A stretch of DNA of 64,000 nucleotides. Source: Octopus vulgaris (taxonomy: Eukaryota). Below are positions 11,146 to 24,155 of the stretch, piece by piece. Under the pieces are notes generated by a model that was given only the letters and a program-made list of their open reading frames with translations, ran no database searches and had not been told where the DNA came from. Location: the NCBI GenBank assembly GCA_951406725.2, contig OX597834.1, forward strand, positions 35,402,001 to 35,466,000. Direction: 5' to 3'. Made by a program: the position numbers and the translations under genes. Within the stretch, counting starts at the first letter, position 1, and the number at the start of each line of letters is the position of its first letter.

Positions 11146-11838
11146 ACTGAGTGAGAGAGTGGTGCATGCCATCAAAGTGACACTGTTGTAAAATATATGA
11201 AGCCCAATATACCCATTGTGACTACCTGTCCGATAAGGGTACACCAGGTACATGCATCACAACCATATGTGCGCGACATGGTGATCTGATATCAAAATAA
11301 ACAGTGCATGACCTTGCTGGTGGGGCCCAGTTAGAATTTTCTTCAGGTCAAGTAACCCATCCTGCTCAAAAGGTTCCTGAATAAGGGTTGTTTAAGGATA
11401 TTGAACAAAACACCCATGTTTCCAGAGGAGAATTATTCAAACGCCAACAAATTCCTTTCAACACATGGCTATGATGTTCTCCCAGTACTTCTGCTCGTTA
11501 TCAGAGATGCCCATATCGTCAGCCACTAACGGATATGCTCAACTGATTAAGGTTAGACAACTGACAAGCAAATCTGTGATATTGAGCAGAATATTTGCTG
11601 TAGCCCATCTTTTATACCAAGACAAAACAATGTACATGATAACACTCCCAATCAGTTAAGAACAGAAGCCATGAGAGTTACTGCCAGGTACTACATCAGG
11701 GCACTGAGAGCCACTGCTGGGTACTGCATGAGGGCACTGAGAGCCACTGCCAGGTACTGCATGAGGGCACTGAGAGCCACTGCCAGGTACTGCATCAGGG
11801 TACTAAGAGCCACTGCCTGGTACTGCCTCAGGGCATTT
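11146..11838. repeat. Unclassified interspersed repeat between (ATT)n tracts, ending in a 30-bp tandem array
   Basis: Homologous pieces at 44252-44375 and 44510-44572; about 5 copies of GCCACTGCCAGGTACTGCATGAGGGCACTGAGA-type unit at 11675-11835. Confidence 0.6.
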
Positions 11839-12259
11839 ATTATTATTACTATTATTAAGGTTGCAAAATCTTTAGCATATTGGACGAAATGCTTAGCAGT
11901 ATTTTGCTTGTTGCTACATTCTGAGTTCAAATGCTACAGGGGTCAACTTTGCCTTCTATCCTTTTAGGGTCAATAAATTAAGCACCAGTGAGACATTGGG
12001 GATCAATGTAATCGACTCGTCCCCTCCCACCAAATTTAAGGCCTTGTGCCTGTAATGTAAAGGATTATCATTATTATTATCATTATTACCCCGGGCAAAA
12101 TGCTTAGTGACATTTCGTTTGGCTGTACGTTCTGAGTTCAAATTCTGCCATGGTCAACTTTGCCTTTCATCCTTTCGGGGTCTATAAATTAAGTACCAGT
12201 TGAACACTGGGGTTGATGTAATTGACTCTTCCCCTCCCCCAAAATAGCTGCCCTTGTGG

Positions 12260-12301
12260 CAAAATTTGAAACCATTATTATTATTATTATCATCATTATT
12301 A

Positions 12302-12333
<32 letters not shown>

Positions 12334-12543
12334 GTTATATATTATATTTTCTTTTCTGATTAATATTACCAGAAGCAACTTCAAAGAAAATCTGTCATCT
12401 CAAAATTTGAAGCCATTATTATTATTATTATGTATTATTATCATTATTATTATTATTATTATTTTATTATTATTGTTATATATTATATTTTCTTTTCTGA
12501 TTAATATTACCAGAAGCAACTTCAAAGAAAATCTGTCATCTCT
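12260..12543 (+). repeat. Local tandem duplication of about 140 bp containing (ATT)n
   Basis: CAAAATTTGAA..(ATT)n..ATTACCAGAAGCAACTTCAAAGAAAATCTGTCATCT occurs twice head-to-tail. Confidence 0.85.
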
Positions 12544-12920
12544 CATCTACGTCATTTAATATAACGTAATTGATAAGGTTGAATCAAAAGAACATTATAT
12601 AATTTTACCACCACCCTGGAGTACTTATTCTACGATAAAAGAAAATAATATTGTAAGGTCTTAAGACAGAACCCACCCTCTCCTGCTTTTCAATTAAAAA
12701 CACTGTTTTATTCAAGTCAACAAAGGAATGGTTAGCACAATGATACCATTTTCAGTACACGGCAAAGGGTATATGTGTTGGGGTAGAGTGGTATTCAATT
12801 AATACCCTCCACGGAAGACAAGAAAAGTAATTTCAATGGAAAATTATACTAGAAATTCTCTAGAAGGAATTTGTCCTCAGTAAATTAAAAACTCAAAGAC
12901 TTTCATCATTCCCAGATCTA

Positions 12921-13847
12921 AAGGGTGATTGAAAAGTTACTTTCCCTATTTTAAAATAGTTATAAATTATTTATTAATTGTAAGTTTTACCAAAAAATGG
13001 ATATGTGAGGAAAGTTTCTAGTATGAGGTTTAATTTAATGTTCAATATGGGCTCCAGATGTCGCCACAAACTTCTTGAGTTTCCCAGAAGTTGCGTCAGC
13101 TGGTTTTGCCAGAAATTCTTGTAGGATGGAAGACTGAATGTCTCACATTCTTCCTTCAAATTCTTCCAAAGTCTTTGGCTTGGTACTGTAGACTTGTTCC
13201 TTTAACCAACCCGAAAAAAAAGAAGTCATAAGGCGTTAAGTCGGGACTCCTGGTTGGCCACTCATGTGGACCATGATGACCCATCCATCTCTTGGGGAAG
13301 TGGACATTCACCCATTCTTGAATGACACGAGCAACACGATTACAGATTAAACTCTCATACTTCAAAAAACAAACACAAAATATTTGAGAAAAAAATTACA
13401 ATTAATAAATAACTAGCAGTATCGCCCGGCGTTGCTCGGGTTTGTTTTGACCCTTTAGAATTGGAATTTATGAAAAGTAAAAATTTTGCATTATGTAGCT
13501 TGTTATTCTCTTTAAGTGAACATTTTTCTGATTGAAATACATTGAAAAATGACGACACAGGAGTCAAAAGATCGTAAAAAATAGGGATTTTCATAGAAAA
13601 AACCCCACCTTTTTAATGTAAATAATTTTTGGTGTTAACATGGTCCGATTTGAATTTTTTCTTCTATGGAAGGAAGAGCAAGCCTTCTCCTATCGTATTC
13701 TCAATTTTGGTCAACTTGCGCCGCAGGGTCTTGGAGGAGATAGTGTTAGTTGAAGGCTACCAAACCTGCCACACACAGACGACTTCAGCTTTATATATAG
13801 AGATTTATAAGTATTTTAAAATAGGGAGCTACTTTTCAGTCACCTTG
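12921..13847 (-). mobile_element. Internally deleted Tc1/mariner-superfamily transposon with both TIRs
   Basis: TA-flanked TIRs of about 60 bp (AAGGGTGATTGAAAAGT.. / ..ACTTTTCAGTCACCTTG); minus-strand FPKRWMGHHGPHEWPTRSPDLTPYDFF catalytic-domain motif. Confidence 0.88.
13413..13803 (-). mobile_element. Non-autonomous Helitron inserted in the right TIR of the Tc1/mariner element
   Basis: Minus strand 5'-TC(TCTATATATAA)...CCCGAGCAACGCCGGG hairpin..CTAG-3', inserted between A and T with no TSD. Confidence 0.82.
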
Positions 13848-15051
13848 TATACTGTGTCTCTCATCTCTATGGCTGTCACCAATTAAAATCTGGTTTCTGT
13901 ACTGGCAGAGTGGTGAGAGCTTCAGGAGAAATTGCTTTGTGGCTTTCGTTTTGGCACTTTATGTTCTGTGTTCAAATACTGCCGAAGTCAGCTTTGTTTT
14001 TCATCCTTTTGTGGACAATAAAATATAATACCAGTCTCGTCCTGGGTTGGCTGGCACCAGCCACTCCCAATCTCCTCAACATTGCTACCCTATGGTAGAA
14101 AGGATTGTTGTTGGTATTCGGGTGGTAAGCTGGTAGAATTGTTATTGCGTTGGGCAAAATGCCTTGCAGTATTTATGTCCTCCCTCTATGTTCCAAGTTC
14201 ATATTCCGCTGAAGTCAACTTTATTTTATTGACCCCCCCCCCACCAAGGGATGAAAGACAAAGTACCAGTCTAGTACTGGGGTTGACAAAATCAACTGTT
14301 TCCTACTCATAACATTGCTGGCCTTGTGTTTAAATGAAAAACTAGTTTATTTCTGAGCTCAAATCTCACCTGGGTGAACTTTGCCCTTCGTCTCTCTGGA
14401 GCCAATAAGATAAAGTACCAGAATGGTCCTGGGGCCGATGGGATCAACTACTCCATCCTCCTTCAAAATTGCTGGCCTTGTACCTAAACCAGAAACCTTT
14501 ATTTATATGTATGTATATTCTCTTCCATTATCAGTGATTTGAAGTCTTCCTGTAAGGAAGGAGCTGGTTTTTAATAAATATACAAAACTCCAATATTGGA
14601 ATGTAGATAACAAAAACAAATTCACATTAGGAACTTGAGAAAAGTCTTGCACATTTTTACTGTTCTGCTTACACATCTGAGTTACACATCTGAGTATACA
14701 CATCTGAGTTCAGCCCTGGACTGGGCTGTGTGATGTGCTCTTGAGCAAGAACTGCTGGTCTTGTACCTAAATTAGAACCCATTATTAATGGTAGCGAATT
14801 TGCTAGAATCATTAGAGCATTGCAAATTACTTTGCAGTTTTTTGCCCTAACTCTTTACGTCCTGATACTAAATTCAATCCAAGGTTAACTTTGCCTTATA
14901 TACCATTTCAGGGTTGATAAAATATAGCACCTTCAAAGCCATGTGAAAGGAGAAATCCCTTACTTGAAAAACAGGGACAGGTTAGTGACAGGAAGGGCAT
15001 CCAACTGTAAAACAATGCTTCAGTAATATATTCTCATCTATTTTTCTAACC

Positions 15052-15312
15052 CAGTGGTTCCCAAACTTTTTCAGGCTGCCACCCACTTGGCACCCAGGCT
15101 ACATTCCTAGGGCCCCTACCCCAACACAGACCTTTTTCTGAAGCAAATTCAAAGCAACTGTATTTCACAAATAAAACTTAACCTAACGAACCCTTTATTT
15201 TGTTGCTTTTACATGAATCACTACCCCATTATCACCCCACTTTTCTTCAACGCCCCCTTGTAACTTTCCACTGCCCCCCCCCCCAGGTGGTGGGGGATAC
15301 CACCCACTACTG
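15052..15312. mobile_element. hAT-type MITE, right end partly deleted
   Basis: CAGTGGTTCCCAAAC start; body homologous to 3135-3429 and 57754-58042. Confidence 0.65.
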
Positions 15313-15356
15313 TAACCCATGCTAGCATGGAAAAGCAGATGTAGAACAACTGAATG

Positions 15357-15539
15357 GGTGATCCTTCAGTATAGGTACCGTAAGTACCGGAAATGGCTTT
15401 GTTTACATTTCTGAAGATAACAGAAACCCTTTTCTCCCACCCCTAACCCTAACCCTAACCTCCCATATATATATATATAAAAAAAAACACTTTCTTGAAA
15501 TGTATCCGGTACTTCCAGTACTTATACCGAAGTTAAGCC
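15357..15539. mobile_element. MITE with internal (CCCTAA)n, Merlin-like
   Basis: GG...CC ends, imperfect TIR around CTTC(G/A)GTATA, perfect 8-bp TSD ACTGAATG. Confidence 0.75.
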
Positions 15540-15811
15540 ACTGAATGAATATACAAACATTGACACCATCCTCATTAACACCCATTTTTTTCCCCCATGC
15601 AGGTATAAACCGAAAGGGTCTACCTCATCAGAGCATCCCACTATTTGCTGTGCTCCCTCCTCATCACCTTGAGGTTCATAATTCTCAAATTAGTCTACAC
15701 CACATCTTCCCATGTTTCCTTTTTCCCCAGGCTCCTTCCACTAAGTTTATTTTGGCCGTTTCTCTCCCAACCCAACTGTCATCTTTCGTACCTACATATC
15801 ACCTGCCCATT

Positions 15812-16218
15812 CTTTATTACCCACAAGGGGCTAAACATAGAGGGGACAAACAAGGACAGATACACGGATTAAGTCGATTATATCGACCCCAGTGCGTAAC
15901 TGGTACTTAATTTATCGATCCCGAAAGGATGAAAGGGAAAGTCGACCTCGGCGGAATTTGAACTCAGAACGTAATGGCAGACGAAATACCTATTTCTTTA
16001 CTACCCACAAGGGGCTAAACATAGAAGCGACAAACAAGGACAGACACACGGATTAAGTCGATTATATCGACCCCAGTACGTAACTGGTACTTAATTTATT
16101 GACTCCGAAAGGATGAAAGGCAAAGTCGACCTCGGCGGAATTTGAACTCAGAACGTAACGGCAGACGAAATACGGCTACGCATTTCGCCCGGCATGCTAA
16201 CGATTCTGCCAGCTCACC
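15812..16218 (-). mobile_element. tRNA-headed SINE family B with tandem second body
   Basis: Head GAGCTGGCAGAATCGTTAGC, B-box-like GAGTTCAAATTCC; about 180-bp body present twice. Confidence 0.85.
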
Positions 16219-16469
16219 TGCCCATACCATACACGGATTCCTCTATGACTCATACCTGTAATACCCATTTCTCTAGCCCCACACCTGCCTTTTTGTTGTT
16301 GCTGTGTGCTGACATGACCCAACACACAGGCTCAACTCTCATTAATTTCCAGTCTTCACACATCCACCCCAATCAACACCCATGTTTTATTAACGTAGCA
16401 CTTTGCACATAATTACTATATAATTCACCCTTCACTTGAGAAAGAGAGAGAGAGTGAGAGAGAAAGATG

Positions 16470-16502
<33 letters not shown>

Positions 16503-16717
16503 TCACACCCTTTGTTGCCAAGAAAAGTACTGGTTCTCTGAACTTTCCCCACTCCTAAAGATGGCTACTATACTTTTGAGCCCCCCCCCCCCACATGCCC
16601 AATCTCTGCCACTACTGATTAGGTTTCCTAGGTAACAGAAGCTGTCAACTACTCCTAGGCAAGCAGTTGAAAGATTACATACGGTGGTCTGCTGTTACAG
16701 CTAATGTATGTGTGTGC

Positions 16718-16764
<47 letters not shown>

Positions 16765-16834
16765 TGTACAGACATACATATACATACATACACATATATA
16801 CATACATATACACACGCATACATACACACATGCA

Positions 16835-16868
<34 letters not shown>

Positions 16869-16978
16869 TACACATACATTACATTGGTGTGTGTGCGTGT
16901 ATATATATGTATATATACATACATATATACATATTTTGTCTGCCTCATGTGAGCATTGGAAAATTGGACATTAAGACA

Positions 16979-17025
<47 letters not shown>

Positions 17026-17239
17026 AATTTTAGTGTCAAGGTGACAATAGACCTAAATGTCTCTCTGCCCTATTGATGACGGAGCATTCTGGTCAAAACT
17101 TCCATCATATCTATATATAATAGAACACACGTTGTGGTGTGGGACAGAAAATAACCGTCGTCATCATCAACATCCCTTAACCCCTGAGGGTTCATATAAG
17201 ATTTTTGGGGGGCCCACGTAACCAAATAGTAAATTGGGG

Positions 17240-17832
17240 ATCCATGGGATGAGGTGGTGAAGCATGACCTTCGAACGTTGGGCCTCACAGAAGCAATGAC
17301 AAAAGACAGAGACCTCTGGAGGTATGCTGTGACTGAGAAGACTCGGCAAATAAAGTGAGTTCACAGCTGTAACCTACACCAGTGTTGCATAACCAGCCCA
17401 CTCCAAAGTACCTTGGATCGTGGGGTGACATGCCGTGCTTGAGGAGATCTATAGAGTCAAGTACATCAACATCAACATGAAAATCAAACCAAATGGAAAT
17501 TGTAGCTGTGACCCCTGTGCCGGTAGCATGTAAAAAGCACAATCCGAATGTGGCTGACGCCAGTGCCGTCTTGACTGGCTTCTGTGCCAGTGGCATGTAA
17601 AATATACCACCCAATTGTGGTCGGTGCCAGCTCCCCTGGCCCCTGTGTTGGTGGCATGTAAAAAGCACCCACTACACTCTCAGAGTGGTTGGCGTTAGGA
17701 AGGGTATCCAGCTGTAGAAATACTACTAGATCAGATTGGGGCCTGATGCAGCCTTCTGGCTTCCCTGAGCCCAGATGAACTGCACAACCCATGCCAGCAT
17801 GGAAAACGGACGTTAAACGATGATGACGATGA
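17240..17832 (+). mobile_element. RTE LINE 3' end (coding end, long 3'UTR, (GAT)n tail)
   Basis: WDEVVKHDLRTLGLTEAMTKDRDLWRYAVTEKTR followed by the ubiquitous GGCATGTAAAAAGCACCC 3'UTR. Confidence 0.85.
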
Positions 17833-18179
17833 TATACATATACATATATTATTTATTTAAAGGTCACAATATATGTATTAAAGCGCTACAAGTAGTTCCA
17901 TATTTTGAGAAAACATATGTTAGAGCCCAACATTCTAACCACGGGGCCATGAAATAAATTTACACACATGAAAAGGCACCCAGCTTTTCTTTTGGAAGTG
18001 TCACTTCAAGGCAAAAGCATCCCGGGTTAAGACTTATAACCAGCAATGAGAATGATAGAAATGTTAGTTAAGAAGTGGCATGCTACAGGGTAGGAACCCA
18101 TTGCCCCAAAACTAACAGACCCTACGTTTGGATGGTGCTTTTTACATGCTACTGGCACGGGGAATTTATTCAGGACATT

Positions 18180-18386
18180 TACTCTTTTACTTGTTTCAAT
18201 CATTTGACTGCGGCCATGCTGGAGCACCGCCTTTAATCGAGCAAATCGACCCCGGGACTTATTCTTTGTAAGCTCAGTACTTATTCCATCGGTCTCTTTT
18301 GCCGAACCGCTAAGTGGCGGCGACATAAACACACCAGCATCGGTTGTCAAGCAATGCTAGGGGGACAAACACAGACATACAAACAT

Positions 18387-18419
<33 letters not shown>

Positions 18420-18583
18420 CGACGGGCTTCTTTCAGTTTCTGTCTACCAAATCCACTCACAAAGCTTTGGTCAGCCCGAGGCTATAGTAGAAGACACTTG
18501 CCCAAGATGCCACACAGTGGGACTGAACTCGGAACCATGTGGTTGGTAAGCAAGCTACTTACCACACAGCCACTCCTGCGCCT
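18180..18583 (-). mobile_element. SINE family A
   Basis: Near-consensus full-length copy. Confidence 0.88.
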
Positions 18584-18599
18584 GTCAAATGATTACTCA

Positions 18600-18725
18600 A
18601 AGTTCAAAGAAGTCGACGTGTAAATTGGCGCAGCAGTTTCACATAAGCAGGAGGTCGTACCAACGGGTGTTGAAAGGTCTAGAGTTGAAGCCATATCATT
18701 TCACTTGTGCAGAGCAATTAAAAGC
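18600..18725 (+). mobile_element. Tc1/mariner-like transposase HTH remnant
   Basis: RSRRV/..LAQQFHISRRSYQRVLKGLELKPYHFTCAEQLK; a possible upstream piece ..IEMLVKKWHATG lies near 18055-18090 on the other side of the SINE. Confidence 0.5.
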
Positions 18726-19957
18726 CTACTTGTTTTTTTAGTTGAAGTCAAAATAACATAATGACACTCGCAAACAAAAGGCTGGGTACTTTATCATGTG
18801 GGTAGATTTGTTTCACTGTTTACACTATGCTATAGAACCTGGACTACTTTTTCACATGCCACCCTGAGTATGTGTGTGTGTGTGTGTGTGTGTGTGCGTG
18901 CTTGTCTCTTCTCCACTACTTGACAACTGGGGTTGGATTAGGTCCCTGTAACTTAGTAGTTATTTGATAGAATAAATAAGAAGTAGGCTTAACAAAAAAA
19001 CGAAATGCTAGGGTCAATTTGTTCAGCTAAACCCTTCAAAGTTGAGCCGAAGGATGGGACCACAGTCCAATGACTGAAACTAGTAAATGATAAAAAATAT
19101 ACATACATGCGTGTGTGTGTGTGTGTGTGTGCATGCGTGGATGTGTGTGCGTGAGTGGATGTGTGTGAGTGTGTGCGTTGATTGTGTGCATGCGTGAATG
19201 TGTGTGAGTGAGTGTGTGTGTTGGTTGTGTGTGTGCGTGAATGTGAGTGAGTTTGTGTGTAGAGTGTGTGTGTGAATGTGTGTGCATGTATGTGAGTGTG
19301 TGTGTGTGTGAGAGTGTGTGAGTATGTGTGTGTGTGAATGTGTGTGTGTGTTGTGTGTCTGCATACGTGAATGTATGTGTGTGTGTGCATACGTGAATGT
19401 ATATGTGCGCGTGTGCATATGTGTGCGTGTGTGCATGTGTGCATGGTGTATTTAAATGCTTACATTTTGCATGCTTTGCATAAAGAAACAGAAAAATCTG
19501 CTGCGTTACAAGAGGTGGTAATTTCTTGTCATTTGCCTGTCAACAAATCCTCCAACTGGCTCTGTGTTTTCAAAGACGTGTGGCATAAGTGGACCCTTGC
19601 ACGAAAAACAATTGAGGGGTTAGTTACAAGAAGGCCATTCAGCCACAAAACAATTCCCTCTCTCTCTTTCGGAGAGGCACTGAGCAGCTATACGCACACA
19701 TACACACACGGCAGTAACTCCCGCCTACCGAATTCAATCACAAAGCTCTGGTCGGCTCGGGGCTATAGCGGAAGACACCTACCCAAAGTGCCACGCAGTG
19801 GGACTGAACCCGAAACCATGTAGTTAGGAAGCAAGCTCCCTAACCACACAGCCATACCCGCACCTACAGCCATTTATCTCAATAAAATACATATTCATTT
19901 AACTCATCGTAGAAGGGAAAAAACATTAAAAGACATTAAAAAAATTATACAAATGGT

Positions 19958-20350
19958 AGGCAGAGGCGTGGCTGTGTGGTAAGACACTTGCTTCCCAACC
20001 ATATGATTCCGGGTTCAGGCCCACTGCATAGCACCTTGAACAAGTGTCTTCTGTTGTAGCCTTGGGCCAGTCAAAGCCTTGTGAGTGTATTTGGTAGATG
20101 GAAACTGAAAGAAGCTCAACATGTATATATGTGTGTGTCTTTGTGTCTGTCCATCACCACACCACTTGACAACCAATGTTGGTGTGTTTCTGTCCCTTTA
20201 ACTTAGCGGTTCAGCAAAAGAGACCAATAGAATAAGTACCTAGCTTAAAAAGAAAAAAATAACTGGGGTCGATTCCTTTGACTAAAAATTCTTCAAGGTG
20301 GTGCCCCAGCATGGCCACAGTCCACTGACTGAAACAATTAAAAGATAAAC
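19958..20350 (+). mobile_element. SINE family A (older variant)
   Basis: Head and tail homologous to family A. Confidence 0.8.
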
Positions 20351-20767
20351 GATATCATCGTCATCATCATCATCATTTAATGTTTGCCTTCCATGCTGGC
20401 ATGGATTGGACAAAATAATATTAGTTCAAGATGCCATGCAGTGGAATTGAAACCAGGATCTTGGGGTTGTGAAGCGAACTTTCTTATTAGTTTGGCCACA
20501 CTGCATGTTTTCATATTTGTGTTGATATTGACTGGCATTCCACCGATTATGATGATGAGGGTTCCAGTTGATCCAATCAACGGAACAGCCTGCTTGTGAA
20601 ATTAACATGCATGTGGCAGAGTACTCCACAGACATGTGTACTCTTAATGCACATAATTCCTCATCTCTTAAATATTGAACTGTATTCTCTTCAAAGCAAA
20701 AACTGTTGCATGGCCCTGAACTCACTTTTCAGCATAGTCAGCTATAACACCAGTGACACGACAGGTT

Positions 20768-21072
20768 GTGGAGGCACATGGCCTAGTGGTTAGAGCAGCG
20801 GACTCGTGGTCGAGGGATCGCAGGTTTGAATCTCAGACCGGGCAATGTGTGTGTTTATGAGTGAAACACCTAAGCTCCATGTGGCTCCGGCAGGAGGTAA
20901 TGGCGAACTTCTGCTGACTCTTTCTCCACAACTTTCTCTTGCTCTTTCTTCCTGCATCTTGCAGCTCACCTGCGATGGACCAGTGTCCCGACCAGATGGG
21001 GAACCTATACGCCAAGGAAACCGGGAAACTGGCCCTTATGAGCCAGGCATGGCTCGAGAAGGAACAAACAAC
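20768..21072 (+). mobile_element. tRNA-headed SINE family C, tail variant 1
   Basis: Head GGAGGCACATGGCCTAGTGGTTAGAGCAGCGGACTCG; tail CACCTGCGATGGACC...GAAGGAACAAACAAC. Confidence 0.8.
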
Positions 21073-21139
21073 ACGACAGGTTGGGACATACACCTAATGC
21101 CAAAATGAAGCTGTGCTGGGCAAGTGTCTTTGCAATAAA

Positions 21140-21502
21140 TCAAAATCGATCAACATCAATGGAAATTGTAGCTGTGATACCATGGTGGTGGCACGTAAGT
21201 GAACCATCCGAACGTGGCCGTTGCCAGCGCCGCCCCGTTGGGCCTCCGTGCTGGTGGCACGTAAAAAGCACCATCCAACCGTGGCCGTTCGCCAGCCCTG
21301 TCTGGCACCTGTGCCGGTGGCACGTAAAAAGCACCCACTACACTCATGGAGTGGTTGGCGTTAGGGAGGGCATCCAGCCATAGAAACATTGCCAGATCAG
21401 ACTGGGCCTGGTGCAGCCTTCTGACTTCCCAGAGCCCAGTTGAACCATCCAACCCATGCTGACATGGAAAGCGGACGCTAAATGATGATGATGATGATGA
21501 TG
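21140..21502 (+). mobile_element. RTE 3'UTR fragment
   Basis: Homologous to 17480-17832, (GAT)n tail. Confidence 0.8.
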
Positions 21503-21814
21503 AATCCTGAATTTCAAAGGTGACAGTTGGGTAACCGTGCACTTCTGCAATTACAGCCGCTTCTGTTGATATTCTTGTGAGGTTGATATTCTTGTAACAT
21601 GATTCTCCGGTGGCCCACACTGCTGAAGCTCTTCAACCCTTCAAGTATTCAGATTGCTCTATCAAACTGTCATGCTTATTTATTCACATCATTTCGAATT
21701 AATCATGTGTTACTTCATACCTTTCAGGTTTTGATGATGTCATTGTTTACTTCTTAAAAATAAAATGGGTAGAATATTTCGGCCAGGTGTGTCCAGTTTT
21801 GGCAGCTGTTTGTA

Positions 21815-22150
21815 GAAGTCTGAGTGACCACAGAGAAATTCTTTGGTGATGGTGGCAGTGGTGGTGTGGTTAGAGTAGTTATAATGATAATGATGTCTGA
21901 TGATGATGATGATGATGATGATTTGAGGGATATTTTGGGTGCTATTTTCAAAAGTCTGAGTGACCACATAGAAATTCCTTGGTGATGGTGGCAGTGGTTA
22001 GAGTAGTTATAATGATAATGATGTCTGATGATGATGATGATGATTTGAGGGATATTTTGGCTGCTATTTTCAAAAGTTTGAGGGGCCACATAGAAATTCC
22101 TTGGTGATGGTGTAAAAAACGGTGGTAGTGGTGATTAGAGTAGTTGTAGT
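21815..22150 (+). repeat. Tandem repeat of about 125-135 bp, about 2.6 copies, with (GAT)n
   Basis: GAAATTCCTTGGTGATGGTG..GAGTAGTTATAATG..(GAT)n TTGAGGGATATTTTGG recurring. Confidence 0.8.
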
Positions 22151-22368
22151 GATAAAAATAGATATGGCTGGTCCATGGGTTTACCCTGGGTTTCACGTTC
22201 ACAAAGTGCTTAGGTTTATAGCATTTCTTCAGACCCTAAACCCATTGGCTTATGGCACCCTCTAGCAAGGCCAACGAGTTTTAGGCCTCAAGAAACACTG
22301 TAAAGCTAAGCGCTTTATGGATGTGAAACCCAGTTTAACTCCACAGACCAGCCACATCTATTTTTATC
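22151..22368. mobile_element. Fold-back/MITE-like palindromic element
   Basis: Degenerate inverted arms of about 100 bp (GATAAAAATAGATATGGCTGGTC.. / ..GACCAGCCACATCTATTTTTATC); mirrored ORFs MNVKP.. and MDVKP.. confirm the symmetry. Confidence 0.7.
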
Positions 22369-23096
22369 TATCTGTCTATCTATCCATCTATCTGTCCGTC
22401 CATCCATCCATCTATTTATCAATCCATCCATCCATCTATTTATCTATCAATCCATCCATCTATTTATCTATCCATCCACACATCTATCTATCTATCCATC
22501 CATCTATTTATCTATCCATCCATCCATATATCCACCCCTCTATCTACCGGTCTATCTGTCTTTCTATCTATTTATCTGTCCATCTATCTGTCAATCTGAC
22601 TGTCTGTCTATCTATCTATCAGTCTGTCTAACTGTCTATCTATCAGTCTGTCTAACTATCTGTCTGTCTATCTATATATATATGTATGTATACAAACACC
22701 TGTATTTACATGTATGTATGTTCTCTTCCATTATCAGTGATTTGAAGTCTTCCTGTAAGGAAGAAGCTGGTTTTTAATAAATATACAAAACTCCAATATT
22801 GGAATGTAGATAAGAAAAACAAGTTCACATGAGGAACTTGAGAAAAGTCTTGCACATTTTTACTGTTCCGCTTACAGATTGTATTCCTGATGTATGTTTA
22901 TGTGATAGAGTATGTACGTATGTATACACCTCTCAAATAGAAACCCACATGTGTAGACATATGACAAGCAGTGTAGTGACGAACAAGCATATATAATATA
23001 TATACAAATACACAAACACACACAGGTGTGGTGATGCAAACAAGAAAAATAGAAATCAAAATATGCGTATGTGTATATTTTATTAATATTTAGCAG

Positions 23097-23305
23097 GGTA
23101 CTACTTGAAAACAGTGGTCCCGGTGCGCGCACTCGCGTATCCGCGCTAGTTAGTCATGACTAGTCGATCCTTACTTTCTGTTTTTGTCTTATTTACTTTG
23201 TTTAACAAAAATTATTTACTTTGCTAGGTAGTCGTTATAGGATCGACTAGTCACGACTAGCTAGCGCGAGTGCGCGCACCGGGACCACTGTTCTCAAGTA
23301 GTACC
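23097..23305. mobile_element. Merlin-like MITE, copy 1
   Basis: CpG-rich TIRs of about 70 bp, GGTACTACTT...AAGTAGTACC, 8-bp TSD TTTAGCAG. Confidence 0.82.
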
Positions 23306-23389
23306 TTTAGCAGAAACAACAGTGACTCAAGGGCTGAGAGTTTCGTGTATTAGTACTTATCAGTGATAAGGGCCTACTCTTGGCCCTTG

Positions 23390-23670
23390 AGTCACACACA
23401 CACATTGATAGATGTATGCCTTGGTGATTTCCCCATATATAGAATTAAATAGATGGCCATAGAGAAAATATATATAGACACACACGCATATATATAGATC
23501 CACACACACACAAGCATATATATAGATCCACACACACACAAGCATATATATAGATCCACACACACACAAGCATATATATAGATCCACACACACACATTGA
23601 TAGATGTATATCTTGGTGATTTCCTCATACACATGATAAAGAGATGGTCACAGAGAAAAAATATATAGAT

Positions 23671-23717
<47 letters not shown>

Positions 23718-23815
23718 TACGCATATATATATAGATCCATACACACACATTGATAGATGTGTTTTGGTGATTTCCTCATACATATGATAAAGAGAAAAAT
23801 ATATAGATACACACA
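23390..23815 (+). repeat. Compound higher-order repeat
   Basis: Three CACACATTGATAGATGT..TTGGTGATTTCC blocks with internal ATATATATAGATCCACACACAC units. Confidence 0.75.
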
Positions 23816-23826
23816 CACATACATAC

Positions 23827-23891
<65 letters not shown>

Positions 23892-24072
23892 TGTACATGT
23901 ATAAAGTTATAAAGAGATGGATGGATAAAAATTATGTATGGATCTTTGATAATATCTCGCCATATTCTACACGAAAAGAGAGAGATGTCATTAAATCACA
24001 GACAGACAAATAAGAAGAGAAATCAAATGTCCAGCTCTCGTATTATCAAGTTATAAAACTTTTTTTATATAA

Positions 24073-24155
24073 ACTTACCTTAAGAACGATGTCTACCCAG
24101 GCCTAACGGCCGAACTCGTTGTGACGGACGACCGACGGACACTATTATCTTGTCA
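24073..24155 (-). promoter_or_regulatory. Candidate first (5'UTR) exon with consensus splice donor
   Basis: Unique CpG-rich segment ending on the minus strand in TTAAG|GTAAGT (exon end 24079); flanked upstream by long CT/GA tracts. Confidence 0.45.
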
